A DNA stretch of 64,000 nt from Candidatus Xenobia bacterium (lineage in GTDB: Bacteria; Vulcanimicrobiota; Xenobia; Xenobiales; QWHO01), in NCBI GenBank assembly GCA_045863235.1, contig BTUM01000023.1:26428-90427 (forward strand), in the 5' to 3' direction. Shown piece after piece: positions 27,247 through 37,073 of this stretch. A program made the translations under genes and the position numbers. Within the stretch, counting starts at the first letter, position 1. Every line of letters begins with the position of its first letter. The notes under the pieces are model-generated. The model had not been told where the DNA came from and ran no database searches. It saw nothing but the letters and a program-made list of their open reading frames with translations.

Positions 27247-29690
27247 TCGGAGGCTTTCTTCACCCGCACGCCGCCCACGATGACGGCATCGGCCTGCTCT
27301 TCCACCCCGCCGAGCTGCTCGGGGCGGGTCTGGGCCAGGATTTTGTATGCTTCGCCCTGATGGCGGGCCAGCGCGGTCAGATGCTTCTTGAGTACGGGGC
27401 GAGGGTCGCCGGGAGCGGCCAGGTCGCGCTGCAGCGCGTCCAGTACGGGCGGGGCCAGTTTGTCGTCGCGGTAGGCCCGAGCGGCCGCGTCCAGGGCCTG
27501 TACGATGGGTGCGGCCATGGTCTTGCCCGAGGCCTCGTCGAGCTGACCGACCAGCGTGGTGAGGGTGGCTGCCAGCCAGCCGGGGTCATGGGTGGCCGTG
27601 GCGGCCAGGCCATCCACCAGCACCTTGTTGAGGGCCTGTTGCTGTCGCGGCGTGGCCAGTTTCACTCCATGCAGGCTCTGGCAGGCCTTGAGCACGCCTG
27701 AGGCCGGCTCGGGACGGAGGTCGGCCTGCCGGCCCACCTCCTGCCAGCACAGTCGGCCGAGCGTCAGAGCGTCCACCGGGTCGCTGGTCAGGTAGCCAGC
27801 CGACTTCTGGGTCAGCTGGCCCAGCTTCTGGGGCACCGAGGGGCTGGCCGGGTCGGCCAGCTCGAAGATCTTGTAGATGGCTGATTTCACTTCGCCGGGA
27901 TAGCCGGTGCGGTGGGCCGCGATGCCGGCGGCCAGGGCCATCTGAGGCTGCAGCGCACCGCTCGAGCTGTGGGCCAGGCGCTCGGCGGCCACCCGGGCGA
28001 ATGCCGAGGCAGCGATGTCGCTGGAGCCGGTCTTGAGCACCGAGCGAGCGAAGGCCGCGGCATCGGTGAAGCTCTGCTCGGACAGGACCTTGAAGGCGGT
28101 CAGCAACAGGGGCCTCTGCTGGTCTTCCGGCAGGGCGGCGCAGGTGCTTTTGAGGATGGCCACCACATCCGGGTATCGATTCTTGAGCGTCTCGAGGGCC
28201 GTGAGCGCCACGTCGTTCTGGTCGACGGGGTTGGTCAGGTTGGCCTGCAGCCGATTGGCGACATAGGCCACCCGGTCGCCCCGGATGCCCGGCTTGAAGC
28301 CGGGCAGGGCATAGCGCAGGAAGATGTCGGCACCTTTGGACGGGTCTCGGTACTCCAGCGCGGCCAGATCGCGAGCCAGCGCCAGCCCGTCCTGCTCGTC
28401 GGGGGTCTGGGCCAGCTGTTGCCAGTGGTCCAGGCAGGCCGCCACCGCCTGCACGCGCACGGTCTTGTCGCCCACCTTCTGCAGCAGGCCATCCAGCCCG
28501 CAAACCAGCTCGACCAGGGGCCAGGCCGCTGCCAGGGCGGTCAGCACCGGCTTGGGCTCGGCTCCCGCCTTGACCAGCTCTTCGAGTCCGAGCGCCAGCG
28601 GGGCCGCGCGCTGATCCGATTGCATGGCCCCGAGCAGGGCAGCCAGCTTGTCGGCAGAGGCTACCTGGGCAGCCACCTGGAAGTGGGTCAGCTTGTCGTT
28701 CTTGGCCTGCAGCATGGCTCCTCGCGCCAGCTGTCCGCCGCTCAACCCCAGCTGCTGGCCCAGGGCCAGGAAACTGTTCAGGCGCGGATCACGCTCGCTC
28801 AACCCGGCGACCAGCTCGGTGGCCAGTTCCAGGGGGGGCTCGCTGGTCTTGGCCAGGAAGCCTTCCACGACCTGGCTGCGCTCGGCCTGTTGCTCGGCCC
28901 CGCGCAGGCAGAGCTGCACCAGCCGTCCCTTGCTCTGCGAATCGGGAGCCGCCGCCAGGAGCCGGTCCGTCCAGTCGCGCCATTCCTGGGGCAGGGGGGC
29001 CAGCAGGCTGGTTCTGTGAGTGGCGCAATCGTCCGGCCCTAGCCCCGAGGCGGCCGCAGCCGCGATGGCCAGCTCGCTCTTGCCGGAAGCGATGGCATCC
29101 AGACCTGGCTTGAGGGCGCCCGGGGGCAGCGAGGTCAAGAGCTGCGAGCCCAGCTCCTGGGCCAGCAGGCGCTGACCTGCCTGGCGGGGCCCGCTGCTCA
29201 GGGTCTCCAGCCGTCCGGCAAAGGTGGCCAGGGCGCGCGCCTCGCGTGGGCGCTCGGCGCTCAAGAGCTGCAGGCACTCGCCTCCTCCGCCGGCCTGGGC
29301 CAGCGTGGCCGCCAGAGGATCGAAGGCCAGCGCCTGCAGGGCGGCCTTTCCAGCCGGAGCCGAGGGGCTCTCCTTCTGGTCCGTGACACTGGCCTCCCAG
29401 ACCGCCATGGCCAGGCCGGCCAGGGGGGCCACTTTGCCCGTGGCGAGCGCCGCCGACCGCTCTCCGATGGTGACCAGGGCGGCTCGCAGCATGGGCAGTT
29501 GCTTGTCTTCGGGGGCGGCGGCCACCATCTCCCTGGCCATTTGCACCGAGCTTTGCAGGGAGGGCTCCTGAGCCAGCATCTCCAGGCCTTGCTGACCGGC
29601 CTCGATGCGCTTTCGCTGGCGGTGAAACAGGTGGAACTGGTCGACCCGCGAGACGCTCTCGCGCGCAACGGTGGATGCGTCGATTCTCAT
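27243..29690 (-). CDS. Large Ala/Leu-rich alpha-helical hypothetical protein
   Basis: 815-aa ORF with consistent codon bias; no family recognised. Confidence 0.75.
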   Translation of the reverse strand: MRIDASTVARESVSRVDQFHLFHRQRKRIEAGQQGLEMLAQEPSLQSSVQMAREMVAAAPEDKQLPMLRAALVTIGERSAALATGKVAPLAGLAMAVWEASVTDQKESPSAPAGKAALQALAFDPLAATLAQAGGGGECLQLLSAERPREARALATFAGRLETLSSGPRQAGQRLLAQELGSQLLTSLPPGALKPGLDAIASGKSELAIAAAAASGLGPDDCATHRTSLLAPLPQEWRDWTDRLLAAAPDSQSKGRLVQLCLRGAEQQAERSQVVEGFLAKTSEPPLELATELVAGLSERDPRLNSFLALGQQLGLSGGQLARGAMLQAKNDKLTHFQVAAQVASADKLAALLGAMQSDQRAAPLALGLEELVKAGAEPKPVLTALAAAWPLVELVCGLDGLLQKVGDKTVRVQAVAACLDHWQQLAQTPDEQDGLALARDLAALEYRDPSKGADIFLRYALPGFKPGIRGDRVAYVANRLQANLTNPVDQNDVALTALETLKNRYPDVVAILKSTCAALPEDQQRPLLLTAFKVLSEQSFTDAAAFARSVLKTGSSDIAASAFARVAAERLAHSSSGALQPQMALAAGIAAHRTGYPGEVKSAIYKIFELADPASPSVPQKLGQLTQKSAGYLTSDPVDALTLGRLCWQEVGRQADLRPEPASGVLKACQSLHGVKLATPRQQQALNKVLVDGLAATATHDPGWLAATLTTLVGQLDEASGKTMAAPIVQALDAAARAYRDDKLAPPVLDALQRDLAAPGDPRPVLKKHLTALARHQGEAYKILAQTRPEQLGGVEEQADAVIVGGVRVKKASE

Positions 29691-29746
29691 ACCCTGTCAG
29701 TTTAGCGGCAAGAGCTGAAAGAAAGACAAAAAGCCCCCGACCATGA

Positions 29747-29810
29747 GCGCAGCCGGAAAACCGTGTCACGGGTTTCCGGCTGCGCGACGCTCAACAGGTT
29801 GAGCGTGGTC
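29747..29810. repeat. Adjacent inverted repeats downstream of nrdJ
   Basis: GCGCAGCCGGAAA...TTTCCGGCTGCGC and ACGCTCAAC-AG-GTTGAGCGT. Confidence 0.6.
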
Positions 29811-29833
29811 CCATCACCTGGGGAGCGGTGCGA

Positions 29834-32374
29834 TCAGCACTCCGAGTGGCCGCACGAGTAGCAACTCTGGCAGCCCTCGATGCTGAGGAAGGTGGTGTTC
29901 CCGCAGGAAGGGCACAGATCGGCCATCCCCTCGCTCTCGGGCGTGGCTTCCACCTGCTCTTTCACCTTCACCCGGTAAGCCGGGGTCGCGATGTCGAGCT
30001 CTTCGGCCGCGCCCAGATACTGCTCTTCCAGGGCCTGGGCCAGGGCGTCGGGCAGCGAGCGCACCCGGTCCTTGCCGAACCCCATCGAGCGCGGGCCGCC
30101 GATGCCGCGCAGCTGGTTGACGATCTCCGAGACCCGCTCGCGGGGCGAGAGGGGCGAGTTGACCCGCAGCACCAGCGAGCCGAGCCGTCCCAGGGCCTCG
30201 GCCATCGCCTTGATGTCCGAGCCGCCCTTGCCGATCTCGATGAACAGCTCGAAAGGCGAGCCATCGGCATCGTCGTTCATCGTGATGTGGGCGGTGCCCG
30301 AAGGGGTGGCCTTGCTCATGGTCACGCCGTAGCGCTTGTAGGGGCGCGGGCGCACCTTGGGCTGCTCGGCCAGCGGCACCGGCTTGGGAGCCGGGGCGGG
30401 CTCGGGGGCCTCCTCCTTCAGGCTCAGCACCTGCTCGTCGCGCGACTTGTCGCGGTAGATGGTGCCGCCCTTGCAGCCGAGCCGGTACATCAGCTCGTAC
30501 AGCTTGCGAGTGTCCTCCACCGTGTAGTTGTTGGGCACGTTGCAGGTCTTGGAGATGGCCGAGTCGACCCAGCGCTGGGTGGCGGCCTGAACCCGAACGT
30601 GCTCTTCCGGGGTCAGCTCCATGGCGTTGACGAAGTAATCCGGCAAAGGCTGGCCGGGATTCTGGCGCTGCCACTCCTCGAGCACGGCCACCTTCTCCTC
30701 GTGCATGCCCAGCCGGCTCTTGCGGAAGTAGCTCCAGAAGTAGAAGGGCTCGATGCCGGTGGAGGTGCCTACCATGGTGCCGGTGGTGCCGGTGGGGGCC
30801 TGGGTGAGCAGGGTCACGTTGCGGACCCCCTTCTCCTTGATCGCCTGGCGCACGTCCTCGGGCATCCCCTGCATGAAGCCGCTCTGCAGGAACTTGTCGG
30901 CCTCGAACCACTTGAACGAGCCCTTCTCGGCGGCATAGTCGGCCGAGGCCAGGTAGGCCTCGCGGGCGATGAAGCGATAGAGCTCCTCGATGAACTCCTC
31001 CGACTCGGCCGAGCCGTAGCGGATGCCCAGGCGGATCAGCATCTCGGCCAGGCCGATGGTGCCCATGCCCACGCGTCGCTCTTGCTTTTGCTGCTGCTCG
31101 TTCTGCTCGAAGAAGTAGGGGGTGGCGTCGATCACGTTGTCCAGGAAGCGGGCCGCGTAGCGCACCGTCTTGCCCAGGTCCTCCCAGTTGACCTCGCCGT
31201 TCCTGGCGAACTTGGAGAGGTTGACGTGGCCCAGGTTGCACACCGCCCAGGCGGGGAGGGGCTGCTCGCCGCAGGGATTGGTGCAGATCAGGTCGCCCTG
31301 CGGGTAGTACCAGGAGTTGGACATCTTGTTGGCCCGGTCCACGAAGAAGATGCCCGGCTCGGCCGAGGCCCAGGCGCTCTCGATGATCTGGTTCCAGATC
31401 TCGCGGGCCTTGACGGTCTTGTGCGCCACCACCTGGCCGCCCAGGGCCTTCCAGGCCTGCAGGTTGCCGGTCCACTGGTCGGCGTAGCGCTTGTCGGAGG
31501 TGTCCGGGAAGACCAGAGTCCAGTCGGAGTCGTTCTCCACCGCCTGCATGAAGTCGTCGGTGATGCCCACCGAGATGTTGGCGTTGGTGATGTTGTCCTT
31601 CTCGCGCTTGGAGTTGATGAAGTCGAGCACGTCCGGGTGCCAGACGTTCAAGATCAGCATCAGCGCGCCGCGGCGCGAGCCACCCTGCTCGATCTTGCCG
31701 GTTACGAAGCTGTAGAGCGCGCCCCACGATACCGAGCCCGAGGAGCGGCCATTGACGCCCTTGACATAGGCATACTTGGGACGCAGCGTGGAGAGGTTGA
31801 TGCCTACGCCGCCGCCGCGGCTCATGATCTCGGACATCTGGGCCAGCGTCTCGAAGATCCCGCCGCGCGAGTCCTGCGGGCTGGGGATGACGTAGCAGTT
31901 GTAGTAGGTCAGGTTCTGGTCGGTGCCGCAGCCGGTCAGGATGCGTCCACCCGGGACGAACTTCCAGCCGTCGAGCAGCCAGCGGAAGTTCTGGCTCCAC
32001 TCGTCCTGCTTGTCGACCGTCTCGACGCTGGCGGCCCCGCGGGCCACCCGGTCCATCATCTCCTCGACCCGGGTCTCGAGCGGCTTGTCCACGTGCTCGA
32101 CGGCGCGCTCCACCTGTGCTCCGTCGCGCAGCTCCACCTGCACGGTGGCGCCGTTCATGGAAACCACCTTGCCGATCTCGCGCTGGCCCGAGGCCGAGTC
32201 GACCAGCACCACCACCGTGTCGCCCACGGCCAGGGTACGCTTGCTGGCGTCCTTGAGGGCATAACGATCCAGGAAGATCTTCTCTCCCAGGGGGGACAGC
32301 TGATTGGACTCGGGGATCGACTCGAACTCCACCGTTTTGACGACTCCATTACCGCTTACAGTTGAAACAGCCAC
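29834..32374 (-). CDS. nrdJ: Class II (adenosylcobalamin-dependent) ribonucleotide reductase
   Basis: PGGRIL, YNCYV, QGGSRRGALM, TNPCGEQ, APTGT, AISKTCN; C-terminal TSCPD-like domain with terminal Cys cluster. Confidence 0.95.
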   Translation of the reverse strand: MAVSTVSGNGVVKTVEFESIPESNQLSPLGEKIFLDRYALKDASKRTLAVGDTVVVLVDSASGQREIGKVVSMNGATVQVELRDGAQVERAVEHVDKPLETRVEEMMDRVARGAASVETVDKQDEWSQNFRWLLDGWKFVPGGRILTGCGTDQNLTYYNCYVIPSPQDSRGGIFETLAQMSEIMSRGGGVGINLSTLRPKYAYVKGVNGRSSGSVSWGALYSFVTGKIEQGGSRRGALMLILNVWHPDVLDFINSKREKDNITNANISVGITDDFMQAVENDSDWTLVFPDTSDKRYADQWTGNLQAWKALGGQVVAHKTVKAREIWNQIIESAWASAEPGIFFVDRANKMSNSWYYPQGDLICTNPCGEQPLPAWAVCNLGHVNLSKFARNGEVNWEDLGKTVRYAARFLDNVIDATPYFFEQNEQQQKQERRVGMGTIGLAEMLIRLGIRYGSAESEEFIEELYRFIAREAYLASADYAAEKGSFKWFEADKFLQSGFMQGMPEDVRQAIKEKGVRNVTLLTQAPTGTTGTMVGTSTGIEPFYFWSYFRKSRLGMHEEKVAVLEEWQRQNPGQPLPDYFVNAMELTPEEHVRVQAATQRWVDSAISKTCNVPNNYTVEDTRKLYELMYRLGCKGGTIYRDKSRDEQVLSLKEEAPEPAPAPKPVPLAEQPKVRPRPYKRYGVTMSKATPSGTAHITMNDDADGSPFELFIEIGKGGSDIKAMAEALGRLGSLVLRVNSPLSPRERVSEIVNQLRGIGGPRSMGFGKDRVRSLPDALAQALEEQYLGAAEELDIATPAYRVKVKEQVEATPESEGMADLCPSCGNTTFLSIEGCQSCYSCGHSEC

Positions 32375-32506
32375 GACACACGCCTCTTTCTTTGAACTCG
32401 TCCTCGAGGGCTCATCCCGAGGCGGCGCGCGACGCCCGGAAGAACTTGAGGAAAATTTTTCAGTAAGGGCATGTTACCCGGATTGAGGAAAATTCCTCCT
32501 GCTCAA

Positions 32507-32553
32507 CCACTAGATCTTGGGGTCGATTTTTTGATGACCCCAAGATGTTGTGT
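32507..32553. promoter_or_regulatory. Tandem NrdR boxes
   Basis: CCACTAGATCTTGGGG (32507-32522) and CCCCAAGATGTTGTGT (32538-32553), 31 bp apart, upstream of nrdJ; resemble the 16-bp NrdR consensus. Confidence 0.85.
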
Positions 32554-32751
32554 TCGAGCATGGCTGGCTGCCTCCTACGATCCCCAGCATCAGGCAGCGG
32601 TTTTTTCACGTTGCTGGGGATTGCATGTTGATGACGCCGGGCGAACAGGGGAGAAGATGGGGAGAAAGATGGGATAAACACGGACCGGAGCACGACCGCC
32701 GCGACGATCGGGAAAGGATTCCAGGCTCGGTGGCCGGAAAAATCGAGCGCC

Positions 32752-33270
32752 GTGCGAGAAGCTACCCACCGCCTGCTGCGGCTCGACTTAAAGCGCAACA
32801 CCGCCCCCCTGCGCTGGTCCTCACTGATCAGCCTGGGCCTGCTCTTCCTACCGGCGGTACTCTTCGGTCTGGGCCTCGTGGCCGCATATCGGCAGGGTTT
32901 TGCGCTACCCTGGCAGTTCTACGCCCTGGCTCTGTGCGGCCTGGTGGCTACCCTGGGCGGCGTGGGCGACTGGTGGTTTCACAAAGTCTACGTCACCGTC
33001 GGCCCGCACGAGCACCAGAGCCATCTCTGGGCCCTGGGTGGGGGTAGCCTGGTCTTCGCCCTGATGGCCGCAGCCAGCCTCAGCTCCCGCCCGGGAGCCT
33101 ACCTGGTGCCCATCCAGGTCGCCCTGCTGGCCACCGTCACCCTGATCTGCTATGACGAGTTCCAGTTCCACGCCAGGCGTTGTCGTCCGTTCGAGACCGC
33201 CCTGCACCGCATGCTGGTCTTCGGCAACGGGGCGGCGCTGCTGTGCTGGATGCACTGGCTCTTCGCATGA
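32752..33270 (+). CDS. Hypothetical membrane protein
   Basis: Several hydrophobic helices with His-containing motifs (DWWFH, HEHQSH); first gene of an overlapping operon. Confidence 0.7.
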   Translation: MREATHRLLRLDLKRNTAPLRWSSLISLGLLFLPAVLFGLGLVAAYRQGFALPWQFYALALCGLVATLGGVGDWWFHKVYVTVGPHEHQSHLWALGGGSLVFALMAAASLSSRPGAYLVPIQVALLATVTLICYDEFQFHARRCRPFETALHRMLVFGNGAALLCWMHWLFA

Positions 33271-33770
33271 AGCGAGCCCGCCGGCTGCTTGCCGAGGCGG
33301 CCCGGCTGTATGACGACCCCGACCTTCCCCTGGAGCGAGCGGCCCGGACCACCCGTGACTTTGCCTCGGGGGCCGAGTGGATGCGCCTGGCGCTGGAGTG
33401 CTTGCGGGGCGAGCCACCCCAGGGCCGCGGGGCTTTCCAGGCGCTGGGCCTGCTCAAATATGGCGCCTGCGCACTGGCCTTCGCGGCTTGCTGGCGTCTG
33501 GCCCCGCTTCTCGCCCCGCTGGCTTTCTACGCCGTGGAGGCCCAGATGGTCTTTCTGTTCCCGCTGGTGCTGGACGGCCACCCGGCGCCCTGGCGAGAGA
33601 GCCTGCGACTGACCCGGCGGGCCGGGGGCACTCTCCAGGTCATGCGCACCGTGATCCGCCTGGCTTTTACCATGCTCCTGGGCGGGTTCGCCGATGGACG
33701 CTTCGTGCGCGCCTGGTGTCTGGGTTGTCTGGCTGTGGTGCTGTGGTATGAGGAGGTTCGCCGTGCTTGA
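33267..33770 (+). CDS. Hypothetical membrane protein
   Basis: ATGA overlap with the previous gene; hydrophobic segments. Confidence 0.65.
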   Translation: MKRARRLLAEAARLYDDPDLPLERAARTTRDFASGAEWMRLALECLRGEPPQGRGAFQALGLLKYGACALAFAACWRLAPLLAPLAFYAVEAQMVFLFPLVLDGHPAPWRESLRLTRRAGGTLQVMRTVIRLAFTMLLGGFADGRFVRAWCLGCLAVVLWYEEVRRA

Positions 33771-34437
33771 GCTGGCCGCCCGGGGTCGCCTGACCCGGCG
33801 CGAGGTGGATCTGCCCCTGGGCGGGCCAGCTCGTCTGCTCTACGTGAGCGACCTGCACCTCACGCCCTGGCACGCCCACGTGGTCGACCAGGTGCTCGAG
33901 CAGGCCCGTCAGTGCCAGCCCGACCTGGTGGTGCTGGGGGGCGACCTGGCCGACCTCCCCTCGGGGCTGGCCGAGCTCGAGAGGCTCGTCGCACACCTGC
34001 CTGCTCCGGTGCTGGCTGTGCCCGGGAACCACGATCGCCACCTGGGGCTGGGGCGGGTACGCACGGCCCTGGAGCGGGCCGGCGGGACCTGGCTCGAGCA
34101 ATCCTGCTCCTTCCGGGGCGTGACCCTGGACGGGGTCTGCCGCTCCGAGGTCGAGCCCGGTTCGATTCTCTGTGCCCACGAGCCGGACGTTTTCGAGGCT
34201 GCGGCCAGGGCGGGTTACGCCCTGGTGCTGGCCGGCCATCTGCACGGCAGCCAGTTCGTACTGGGTCAGAGAGCCGGCCTGCTCTACCCGGGAGCCTGGT
34301 TCTACCGCTGGAACGGAGACCGCTTCCAACGCGGACAATGCACCATGCTGGTCAGCCGGGGGGTGAACGATACCCTGCCCATTCGCTGGAACTGCCCGAG
34401 GGAGGTGCTGCTATGTCGCTTGCTACCCAGATCCTGA
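33763..34437 (+). CDS. Calcineurin-like metallophosphoesterase
   Basis: SDLH, GGDLAD, GNHD and GHLHG motifs; AGGAGG RBS before GTG. Confidence 0.9.
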   Translation: MLELAARGRLTRREVDLPLGGPARLLYVSDLHLTPWHAHVVDQVLEQARQCQPDLVVLGGDLADLPSGLAELERLVAHLPAPVLAVPGNHDRHLGLGRVRTALERAGGTWLEQSCSFRGVTLDGVCRSEVEPGSILCAHEPDVFEAAARAGYALVLAGHLHGSQFVLGQRAGLLYPGAWFYRWNGDRFQRGQCTMLVSRGVNDTLPIRWNCPREVLLCRLLPRS

Positions 34438-34754
34438 TCTGGATCCTGTTCTTCGCCACCACCGTCTACGGCCACGCCGGCTTCAAGCAGGCCTTCCACT
34501 CGGGGGCCACCACTGTCTGGCAGTGCCTCTTCTCAGTGTGGGGGATCACGGCCACGCTGGCCTGGTGTGCCTCGGCCCTGCTCTGGATCGCTATCTTGTC
34601 TCGCAGCACGCTGATCGCCGCCCACACCTCTTCTGCTCTGAGCCAGGTCCTGGTGGCCGCCACCGCGATGCTCTGGTTTGGCGAGCGGGTCAGCACGGCC
34701 CAGGGGATCGGGGTGGTGCTGGTGGTGACCGGAGTCTACCTGGTGAACCGGTAG
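34413..34754 (+). CDS. Small EamA/SMR-like membrane protein
   Basis: 113 aa, four hydrophobic helices, WFGERVS..QGIGVVLVVTGV motif. Confidence 0.75.
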   Translation: MSLATQILIWILFFATTVYGHAGFKQAFHSGATTVWQCLFSVWGITATLAWCASALLWIAILSRSTLIAAHTSSALSQVLVAATAMLWFGERVSTAQGIGVVLVVTGVYLVNR

Positions 34755-34767
34755 CGACCCTGGCATT

Positions 34768-34800
34768 AAAAAAATCCGCCCCCGCGGGGCGGATTTCGTT
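34768..34800. terminator. Bidirectional terminator
   Basis: AAATCCGCCCC/GGGGCGGATTT hairpin between convergent genes. Confidence 0.75.
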
Positions 34801-34818
34801 CGTTCAGGCCGGTCTGAG

Positions 34819-35328
34819 CTACTTCGTATAGGCCGGCAGGCTGTAGTACGGGCGGAAGAGCTTGAGCTCGAAGACCTGCTCGAAATTCCCCCTGCTCGAC
34901 AGGAGGTCCTGGAGATGGAAATCCCGGCCCTGGCCGCGGCATTGGAAGCGGTAGATGGCGGGCTCGGCGGCGGCGAGCAACCCGGTCACTTCTTGCTTGG
35001 TGAGCTCCTGGCCCGGAATCTGGGCGCTGTAGCTGGCGTGGATCTGGGCCAGCACCTCCTGCATCACCTTGCGGGTGACGATCTTGTCAGGCTTCCAGCC
35101 GTCATTGGGCGTGATCTCGACCAGAGTGAGCCTTTCGATGGCCGATTGCGGCGTGAAGTGCCGTTCCTCGTCGTCGGGACCGATCCCATCCAGGTCGTAG
35201 AGCTCGGTGGCCAGCATCAAAGCGAATTCTGCCTGGGTGCACATGTCCTTCTTGAGCTTGCCGGGCTGGGCCCAGGATTGGGCGGTCAGCAGGGCCGCTA
35301 TTGTCAGAATCATCACCAGGCGCTTCAT
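34819..35328 (-). CDS. Secreted hypothetical protein
   Basis: Signal peptide (MKRLVMILTIAALLTAQSWA); AAGGAG RBS. Confidence 0.7.
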   Translation of the reverse strand: MKRLVMILTIAALLTAQSWAQPGKLKKDMCTQAEFALMLATELYDLDGIGPDDEERHFTPQSAIERLTLVEITPNDGWKPDKIVTRKVMQEVLAQIHASYSAQIPGQELTKQEVTGLLAAAEPAIYRFQCRGQGRDFHLQDLLSSRGNFEQVFELKLFRPYYSLPAYTK

Positions 35329-35508
35329 TGCTTGCTTGACTCCTTTTCCATCTTTTGGCCGGATAAACGTTCAAGGCCATCGGAGAAAGATCCTGGTCGC
35401 CCCCCTGCAAACCTCAAACCCCAGACTTGAGGCGCGCTTCAGGAATTGGCGCGGCACCATGCCACAGAACGTCGTTCCGGCGCGTTCGTCCGATTGTGGG
35501 CGAGTCAA

Positions 35509-36903
35509 TTAGCCGACGGGCTCTTCCACCCGATCGGCTTTGACCACCCGCAGGCGGTCGATGCGAAGACCGTCGAGGGCTTCTACGCGGAACTTATGCC
35601 CGTTCACGCGCACCTCGTCGCCCACCTCGGGCTTGCGCCCGAGCAGGCTGAAGACCACGCCGCCGATGGTGTCGTTGTGCTCGTCCTCGATCTCGGTGCC
35701 GATGAAGTCGGCCACGTCCTCGGTGAGGAGCAGGCCCGAGATGAGCACCGAGCCGTCCGGCTGGGGCACGATGTCAGCGGGCACGGAGGTCTCCGACTCC
35801 TGCTCTTCCACTTCGCCCACGATGCGCTCGAGCAGGTCGCCCAGGGTCACCATTCCCGCCGTCCCTCCGTACTCGTCCAGCACGATCAGCAATCGGGTCC
35901 GGTCGGTCTTCATCCTGGCCATCAACTTGGCTACCGGTTGGCTGCCGGGAACGCTGGCCACCGGGCGCATGTACTGCACTACGGGAGTGTCCAGCTTGTC
36001 GGCCGCCAGGGTGACCAGCTCGCGGATGACCACCACTCCCAGAATGTCGTCCAGGTCCTTGCCGTAGACCGGATAGCGATCGTGCACCTCGGTCTTGGCC
36101 AGCTCCAGGAGCTCTCGCATGGTGGCGTTGGCGTTGATGCAGGCCATCTCGGTGCGGGGCACCATGATCTGGGTGGCCACCAGGTCGAAGAACGAGAACA
36201 CCTTGCCAATCATCTCGTTCTCCATCTGGTCGGCCTCGCCGGCTCGCTGGCGCTCCATCAGGATGTGGCGGATCTCCTCTTCCGAGTAGACCCCGTCCCC
36301 ACCGTGGTGGCTCGAGGCTCGCAGGCCCAGCCGCCCGAGCACCACGTCGGTCATCCACGAGAGCAACTTGATGCACAGGGAGAAGGTCCGGAGGAAGATT
36401 TCGGTGGGCGCGGCCGTCAACAGGGCGGCCCGCTCGGCGTGCTGGATGGCCCACATCTTGGGGACCTGCTCGCCGATGACGATGTGCAGCGTGGTCACCA
36501 GGGCAAAGGTGATGGTCAGGCTGATGACGTGAGAGGCGGCCGTGGACCAGCTATCCAGGAAGCCAAGAAAGGGCTTGATCAGGCTGGCTACGGCCGGCTC
36601 GCCGATCCAGCCGAGGGCCAGGCTGGCCATCGTGATGCCTAGCTGAGCCGCGGCCACAAAGTCGTTGAGCTGATCCTGGCCGCGCTTGACGGCGCGCGAT
36701 CCTCGCACGCCCTGGCGGACCATCTCGTCGACGCGGGTCTTGCGCAGGCCGACCAGGGCAAACTCGGTGGCCACGAAGAATCCATTGATGAGGACGAGCG
36801 CAGCCACAGCCACCAGTTTGATGGCGATGCTGGTGGCCGTTTCCCCCTCCCCGTGAGCGTGTGCCTGGGCCAGCAGAATGAAACTACTTAGCGGGTCGTC
36901 CAT
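35509..36903 (-). CDS. HlyC/CorC (CNNM) family CBS-domain transporter
   Basis: NGFFVATEFAL, QLGITMASLALG, GEQVPK, CBS pair, DEYGGTAG, CorC C-terminal domain. Confidence 0.95.
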   Translation of the reverse strand: MDDPLSSFILLAQAHAHGEGETATSIAIKLVAVAALVLINGFFVATEFALVGLRKTRVDEMVRQGVRGSRAVKRGQDQLNDFVAAAQLGITMASLALGWIGEPAVASLIKPFLGFLDSWSTAASHVISLTITFALVTTLHIVIGEQVPKMWAIQHAERAALLTAAPTEIFLRTFSLCIKLLSWMTDVVLGRLGLRASSHHGGDGVYSEEEIRHILMERQRAGEADQMENEMIGKVFSFFDLVATQIMVPRTEMACINANATMRELLELAKTEVHDRYPVYGKDLDDILGVVVIRELVTLAADKLDTPVVQYMRPVASVPGSQPVAKLMARMKTDRTRLLIVLDEYGGTAGMVTLGDLLERIVGEVEEQESETSVPADIVPQPDGSVLISGLLLTEDVADFIGTEIEDEHNDTIGGVVFSLLGRKPEVGDEVRVNGHKFRVEALDGLRIDRLRVVKADRVEEPVG

Positions 36904-37073
36904 ATTTCAGTGCCGCCCGCGACCTTCAGTGACGACCGAGACGGTCGACGAATCGTCGCGAGACGGCGCAAAGGATCCTCCTGACCTTCAAACAAATCTA
37001 GGCCTAGCATATTCGACCCCTTCCCGGGCTGTCAACCAGGATGCCAGGATTCCTTCCCCGAACCGCACCGACC

